This document shows positions 34,459 through 41,083 of a DNA stretch of 41,083 bases, in pieces. Position 1 is the first letter of the stretch. Each line of letters begins with the position of its first letter. The DNA lies in contig NC_068984.1 in assembly GCF_001194135.2 (NCBI RefSeq), positions 7,910,076 to 7,951,158 of the forward strand, written 5' to 3'. Position numbers and translations under genes: made by a program. The stretch is from Octopus bimaculoides. Its lineage: Eukaryota. Under the pieces are notes generated by a model. The model was given only the letters and a program-made list of their open reading frames with translations, did not search any database and was not told the origin of the DNA.

Positions 34459-35102
34459 AGTCTGGGTTTCACCAGGTACATCCATACATGAAGTTTTGTC
34501 TCGCTAAAGATCCTGAGTTTGGGCTGTCATGGTGTTATATGCCTGTCTGTTTAGGGAATAAAACATTGCTATAATTTTCAATTACTATTATATTTCCATA
34601 ATAAAAATTGCAAACATTTGTATGTATAGACAAATAACAGTTGATATATATATTGCAGGATGGGTCGAAACGTTGTGCAAAATAAGGATTGATACCAGAT
34701 CCATCTTCTGGTTACCTAATAAGTCATCATTATCTGAACCAACAAAGCGGAGTTCCTAAAGTAGATCCAATAGAAATATATCCCAACGTTACACTGCATC
34801 TCAGTGACCAGGTCGCAGTTTGAGCGACGAAAATGTTGACATTGTATTGCAAACAATAAATGGTTAAATGAAATCAACAGTCTTTGCCTGTTTCTGAATA
34901 GGTCACTTTTGCCTTCTACGCTGTAATCATTTTAGTTTCAAAATATGGCTTCAAATCAAATCATTGACCCGGCAAGTACAAGTCCGCAACTATATAATCT
35001 GTCTTTCGCTTCCTATGTCATTTGTGATTTGAGGAGAATTCGGCTGAGGTTTTAACACACAGGAGCTATGTATGTATGAATATATGTACGTGNNNNNNNN
35101 NN

Positions 35103-35135
<33 letters not shown>

Positions 35136-35339
35136 ACGGTTACATCAGAAATGTGATCGCACGTGGACTGTTGGCGAGTTTTCCTTATTTTCCCTTCATT
35201 CTCTTCGGACTTTGCTGCTTCCGACAGAGAGCTATGCTCGAAACGTTAAAATCAACTCTTTTCCTTCACCGAGCATCAAATTGATATATTTTTTGTGCGT
35301 TAATATTTATTGAACTATATATAAGTATATATATAGAGA

Positions 35340-35480
35340 GATAATTCACAAAAAAAAGAGACGAAGACAGATGGTATAGACAACAAAGAGGTGTCTTAGT
35401 ATAACGCTCGGGAAGTGAAGAAGTCTTTAACGTTTTGAGCCTACGCTCTTCCACAGGAAAGAACACAGAAAAAAGACAAG
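35340..35480 (-). mobile_element. Second copy of the 8.7-kb repeat
   Basis: The reverse complement reads ctttcctgtggaagagcgtaggctcaaaacgttaaagacttc..gagcgtta.actaa.acacct.tttgttgt..ctgtcttcgtct and matches 8725-8830. Confidence 0.7.
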
Positions 35481-36271
35481 GAGAGAAAAAAAATGAATGT
35501 GTAGTTGCTATCGAAAAATGACGATGACTGCTCAACACTGCATTGGTGGATAAAGATTCTTTATTCGTGTATTAAGGCTATCATTGTTTCCATGTTAAGA
35601 AACAATTTTTCGATGTGATCGGCTTCAAATATTGTTGAGATCGTTCTTAACATGAAACCAACTGTAACCTTATACACACACATATATACATGTATTCATA
35701 TATATACATATAGACATACACATACAAACATACTCATATACACACATATATACGTGGACAGTCACACACACATGTATGTAAAAAAAATACATATACACAA
35801 ACATATANNNNNNNNNNNNNNNNNNNNNNNNNNNNNNNNNNNNNNNNNNNNNNNNNNNNNNNNNNNNNNNNNNNNNNNNNNNNNNNNNNNNNNNNNNNNN
35901 NNNNNNNNNNNNNNNNNNNNNNNNNNNNNNNNNNNNNNNNNNNNNNNNNNNNNNNNNNNNNNNNNNNNNNNNNNNNNNNNNNNNNNNNNNNNNNNNNNNN
36001 NNNNNNNNNNNNNNNNNNNNNNNNNNNNNNNNNNNNNNNNNNNNNNNNNNNNNNNNNNNNNNNNNNNNNNNNNNNNNNNNNNNNNNNNNNNNNNNNNNNN
36101 NNNNNNNNNNNNNNNNNNNNNNNNNNNNNNNNNNNNNNNNNNNNNNNNNNNNNNNNNNNNNNNNNNNNNNNNNNNNNNNNNNNNNNNNNNNNNNNNNNNN
36201 NNNNNNNNNNNNNNNNNNNNNNNNNNNNNNNNNNNNNNNNNNNNNNNNNNNNNNNNNNNNNNNNNNNNNNN

Positions 36272-36311
<40 letters not shown>

Positions 36312-36777
36312 TGTATGTGTGTACGTACACGGGCATAAATATATGTAAATATATACTTCCGTATAACACATGTGCCCTCAGTTCCCTTTATCCAATTTTG
36401 CTTACGTGACATGGCTAAAATAAATTTTTCTGAGAAATACTGTGCTGTAGAATTAAACGGGACCTATGTGATTGCGAAACCAACTCATTGATTATATATA
36501 TATATATCCTGGTTAGAGATAATGCATCATATCTCATTGAATAACTACGTCATATACCGGTACTCAATGACTTTAGCCCTCTCAAACTATTTGATAACCT
36601 TAGATATAGCACCTACGTCATCAGAAATAGTGTGACATAACTTTACACACGGGTATCATTGTCATACATGTTCGTAACATGTTTATTTCACCCAACTCGT
36701 TCAACCTCGTGTATAACCCTAATATCACGTCAGTCTTTGTGATACACACTTCTGATTACCTTTACTAAAGAGTAAAC

Positions 36778-37512
36778 TTATTCAATAAAATCGCCATTGG
36801 TTTCAACCACGGCCTCCACACGACATTGGAATCACCTGCAACTTTTCTGGACGGTCTCCTTGTTTAAGTTGGTGAATGCTGCCATAATCCTTGCCTTCAA
36901 CTCATCTTTGGTGTTACAAGGAGTTTTGCTCGTCTCCCGTTCAACTGTGGCCCCCACATAATAGTCGAGGGGGTTGCAATCTGGGGAGTTATGTGGCCAG
37001 ATGCTAGGGGTGATGTGTTCACAGAAATTGTCTGACATCCACGAATGGATTCTCCTGCTTGTGTGGCAAGGTGCAGCATCCTGTTGCCGGACATAGAGTC
37101 TTCCAACAGCCACCCTCTTGACCCAGGGCAGCACTACCTCTACCAGGCACATGATGTAGGCCTCCGTGTTGAGTCTGAGGCCGTGTGGGAAGATGAATAG
37201 AAGCATAACGTCATAATCACCATGATGGTGATTGGATGTTCGATTTTTATCACTCTCGATTTTTATCACTCTTGACACACAAGTACCCTGAAATGTTTGT
37301 ATTGGAGCTTCTGGTGCGAATGCCAAGCAGTACAGCAACGCGTTCCCGAATTTCTGACAGAGTGAATTGTGTCATGGCGCTGTTTTTCTCACAGACGGTG
37401 CTCAACTGAGCCTACTATACTGTGTAGTCGACCAAATTGAAAACCTAAAATGCGTATTCGTGAAAATGAAAATATAAAATGGCAACAATTTACTAATCGC
37501 ACACGGTGTATA
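36778..37512 (-). mobile_element. Tc1/mariner superfamily DD37D (maT) transposase remnant
   Basis: RQQDAAPCHTS..WPHNSPDCNPLDYY has exactly 37 residues between the 2nd and 3rd catalytic D. An in-frame TGA is followed by FQCRVEAVVETNGDFIE*. A TIR-like end lies near 37480-37510; the left TIR is not visible. Confidence 0.88.
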
Positions 37513-37705
37513 TATATNNNNNNNNNNNNNNNNNNNNNNNNNNNNNNNNNNNNNNNNNNNNNNNNNNNNNNNNNNNNNNNNNNNNNNNNNNNNNNNNNNN
37601 NNNNNNNNNNNNNNNNNNNNNNNNNNNNNNNNNNNNNNNNNNNNNNNNNNNNNNNNNNNNNNNNNNNNNNNNNNNNNNNNNNNNNNNNNNNNNNNNNNNN
37701 NNNNN

Positions 37706-37740
<35 letters not shown>

Positions 37741-38697
37741 CATTTTACTTCTTTCTCATGAAATTATTAAATCAAAATCGTTGTGGTGCATAACGTATTG
37801 TATGTTTAGTCATCCAGCTGAAAATGCTGCATCATTTAAGTATCTTGGAGGAAGTGACGTAATATTGGTATGTTTGGAGAAAGTGGCACCATATTGGCAT
37901 AGTGTTAGGAAGTAACATCAAGACGTAGCATCAGGATGTATCAGGAAGTGAAATCAGAGACGTAGTTTATCTTGGGTTATTTATATTTTAGAAAATCTCT
38001 GTAACAGAAGAAAGGATTGTTTATATTGCGAAGTAGTGTTTAACACCACCTAAACACGAGTGTTCCTTTAGGATTCGACGATACTGCTATTTTAACTCCA
38101 TCATGATGCCTCCTCCAGGTAGTTATTCAGTGCACTCTGCACTCGATATATATTGCAAGCGGGGAGAGAACTGCCTACTACTTTAGCCTCGAAACTACTA
38201 GACCGTATGGTTTCGACCTTCTTATTGTTATCCTCGGGAATACGTGTCTGCTAGACATAGCAGTAGTTCACTCCTGCCCGCAATATGCAGAAAATAAGTG
38301 ACATACGTTAATTAATCTTGCAACAGGCAAACTAGTTAGTTAAGAAAATCTCTATTTTAGCTCCAAGAGGAAGCCTCCTCTAGCTGGTTATTCAGTGCCC
38401 TCTGCACTCGATATATATTACAAGCGGGGAGAGAACACAACTACTATTTACATTTTCTTATTTTATTTGCTCATGGGTTAGAGATTAAAAGGCACCATCC
38501 ATGATGTATTCAACGGCCTCTGTGCCGTGTGGGAGACGGTGAGGAACTGCTCTTGAAACTGGAAACACATCCAGAGAGGTTATAAGTGAACCTTAGAAAT
38601 AATACGTTAGAATATTGAACAATGAGAATTAAATGTACATGCAAGAGCAACGGAACGAAAATTGGTAAATATAGGATGTCTGCAACTCTACTGATCA

Positions 38698-38831
38698 TGG
38701 AGTAAAGATTGTTTGCCAACATAACATGGCAGTCTTGGTTTAGGACTGTAATTTAGCCCCAGGAGACATCGTCTCCAGCTGGCTGTACGACACGATCTGC
38801 CATGTTATGTTGGCAAATAATCTTTACTCCA
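38698..38831. repeat. 35-bp inverted repeat with a 64-nt spacer
   Basis: tggagtaaagattgtttgccaacataacatggcag and ctgccatgttatgttggcaaataatctttactcca, with one mismatch. Confidence 0.92.
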
Positions 38832-39309
38832 AAGTACTGTTGCTGAATATCTCTCGTTGTGAGATTTAAAAATAGTAATTTTTCTACCGATCACGTTATT
38901 TGGTAATTATGGAATTAAAGCAAACTTAATATTCAGTTGCAGTGTCGCCTTGTGATTAGGGTGTTGCATTCACGATTTTGATTCTTGGACCAGGAAGTGC
39001 ATTGAGTTCTTGAGAATAACGCCTCTTACAAGTTACTCCCATTGGCTCAGCTGTGAGTAACCTTGCGACGGACTGGTGTTTGTACAGGAGGAATGTTGTA
39101 TTCTCGATCACTTATACTCCGTGGAAGCCAGGTGGTTGACCCTATCAGTCATACAGAAAGTTTGTCTCTTAGGGACAGCAAGGATTATCAGGAGGGTTCT
39201 GAGCACTTGAAAGACTGCCGGAAACTTGTGGATACTTTAAGGGTACATTTAGTAACCTGTTACCCACATAAATCTTACCAGGAATAAGATCGAACTTGAA
39301 CCAAGCCAA

Positions 39310-39311
39310 TA

Positions 39312-39376
<65 letters not shown>
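39310..39376. repeat. (AAT)n microsatellite
   Basis: Read directly from the sequence. Confidence 0.95.
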
Positions 39377-40786
39377 GAGACGTGCAGAATTGGCAACACA
39401 ATTGAGAGCGACAAATGCAGAATATGCAGGCAGACGGGCAAAACGTCTAGGACTGTTGGTGCTGGTGATTATGACGATGCTTATGATGATGATGATGATG
39501 ATGATGATGATGGGATGTTTAGTAACAATACTTGTAAAATAAATGGAATCCTGTAAATGGACCCAAAGATGAGTTAGTGGTAAATTTGGCGATATATCAT
39601 GTTTACTAGTCCGTCTGTACGAATAATAGTTTTGAACTACGGAATTGGTAAATGCTTACCCACCCAGAACAAGAGACTACGGCTTCGAACAGATTTAAGT
39701 TATGTCTATATATATATATATATATATATATGCACATAAATTGAACCTTCTCGGCGGTCAGTTGTACTACTAGAACTAGCAACCGGTTCAACCTCCCCCA
39801 CTAAAAAACTTCACAATATGATCTTGAAAAGGAAACATTGAATTTTTTAGTCTGGAAGAAAAGATGGCTTGGTCACGCCTGGAGAGTCTTTGATCATACG
39901 ACTGCTCATTCAGAGCCGACGAGGCTTATCGCCATTTGTAACTTTTATTTCAAAAATATTCATACAGAACTTAGTTATGGATTAGCTTTAAAAATTTCAA
40001 CTATGTTGAAGAGAAAGATCGATTAATAAACAACCAGTCGGTGTGTAGATTATACTACTAGACTGTTAGATAAATACCGATTCAGCAAACATAAGAAAAT
40101 GACCAAAAATAAAGAAAAGAGAAATGTGTAATTTAATTGATAAAAAATGTCTCACGGGAAGAAACAGCAATGAAGAAAGTATGAAAAAGTTGAAAATAAC
40201 GATCTACAAATAGATGCAACGCAAATAAAAATTGCTAGATAAGATAGAGTAAAGTAGACAGTAAAAGAGCCATGGGATATTTAGGATGATTAAACAAAAT
40301 ACAGCAGAGTATATAAGAGTCTATCAATAAATTAATCAAGCGAAGTTCAAGAAACGAAAGTGATTTTGAGGTGTTCGGTCATCCGTGGAAAAACTTTCTG
40401 ATCAAAGCAAAATGTATGCCGCATTTATAACTTTACTTCTTCAGCCGTCAAAACATAAAACATATATAATATGTGTGTGCAAGTGTGTGTCCGTGTGTGT
40501 GTGTATGTGTCTGTTTATGTGAGGGTGTGAGCTTGTGTGCGTGCGTGTGTATGTGTGTGTTTGTACGCGTATACAAAGATACATATATATATATATACAT
40601 ACATACATGCACATACATACATATAATTGTACACACAAACACACATGCATAAGCAGAAACATTCTTAGACATACACTCACTCAAATACGCGCATGTACAC
40701 ACAAGTACAGTTACACCTTTCAAATGAATATGGAAATAAACATAAGAATGAGAAAGCCAAAAATTATTATTATTATTATTATTATT

Positions 40787-41083
40787 GTTCAGTAGTTTTA
40801 TTTTTATAACGTGCTTTCACTTCACTACCGAGCGCAGCTCTGTGCGCTTTGGGTATGTGCTGTGGTTTGCTGTGGTGCTCTTATGTTTACTGTATTGAAA
40901 GTGTTTTGCGTAGAATGTGTGCAGTACCCAGTAGTGCAATTTTCTGTATGTTATATATATTTGTAAGTCATGGTGTTTTTGTTATGTATTTGAATATTTT
41001 TTTATTATACCTAAGGCACCTACTATGATAGGAATTGTTTCTGTTTTTAGATTCCACATTCGTGTTACCTCTATTTCCAGGTC
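40787..41083 (-). mobile_element. R4/Dong-type RLE LINE 3' end abutting (TAA)n; runs off the window edge
   Basis: The minus strand gives DLEIEVTRMWNLKTETIPIIVGALGIIKK..NIYNIQKIALLGTAHILRKTLSIQ*. The 3' UTR ends aataaaactactgaac directly against the (AAT)n run at 40763-40786. Confidence 0.85.

Overview
AT-rich, microsatellite-dense eukaryotic draft-assembly DNA with many N gaps. The SINE families look like those I recall from octopus genomes, so an octopod cephalopod origin is an inference. One host gene is supported: a minus-strand TGF-beta ligand of the BMP9/BMP10 (GDF2/BMP10) group. It is seen as a 911-bp exon (12557-11647) and a 234-bp terminal exon (10200-9967) joined by a clean phase-0 GT-AG intron; the 5' exon(s) were not found in the window. 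The rest is a transposable-element landscape: three tRNA-derived SINE families, R4/Dong-type restriction-like-endonuclease (RLE) LINE ends, a CR1/L2-type LINE end, a Penelope-like RT remnant, mariner and maT remnants, and hAT/pogo MITEs. The best leads are: (1) an RLE LINE family whose ends sit in (ACAT)n repeats and carry a covarying 3' stem-loop, alongside a conventional (TAA)n Dong-like end; (2) a BMP10-like ligand that lacks the first Trp of the near-invariant GWxxW motif and has a long acidic prodomain tract; (3) minimal, Penelope-type hammerhead-ribozyme-like motifs; (4) a cluster of long hairpins at 31.5-38.8 kb. Most entries in the ORF track are microsatellite or gap artefacts. Repeat boundaries were read by eye and are approximate.
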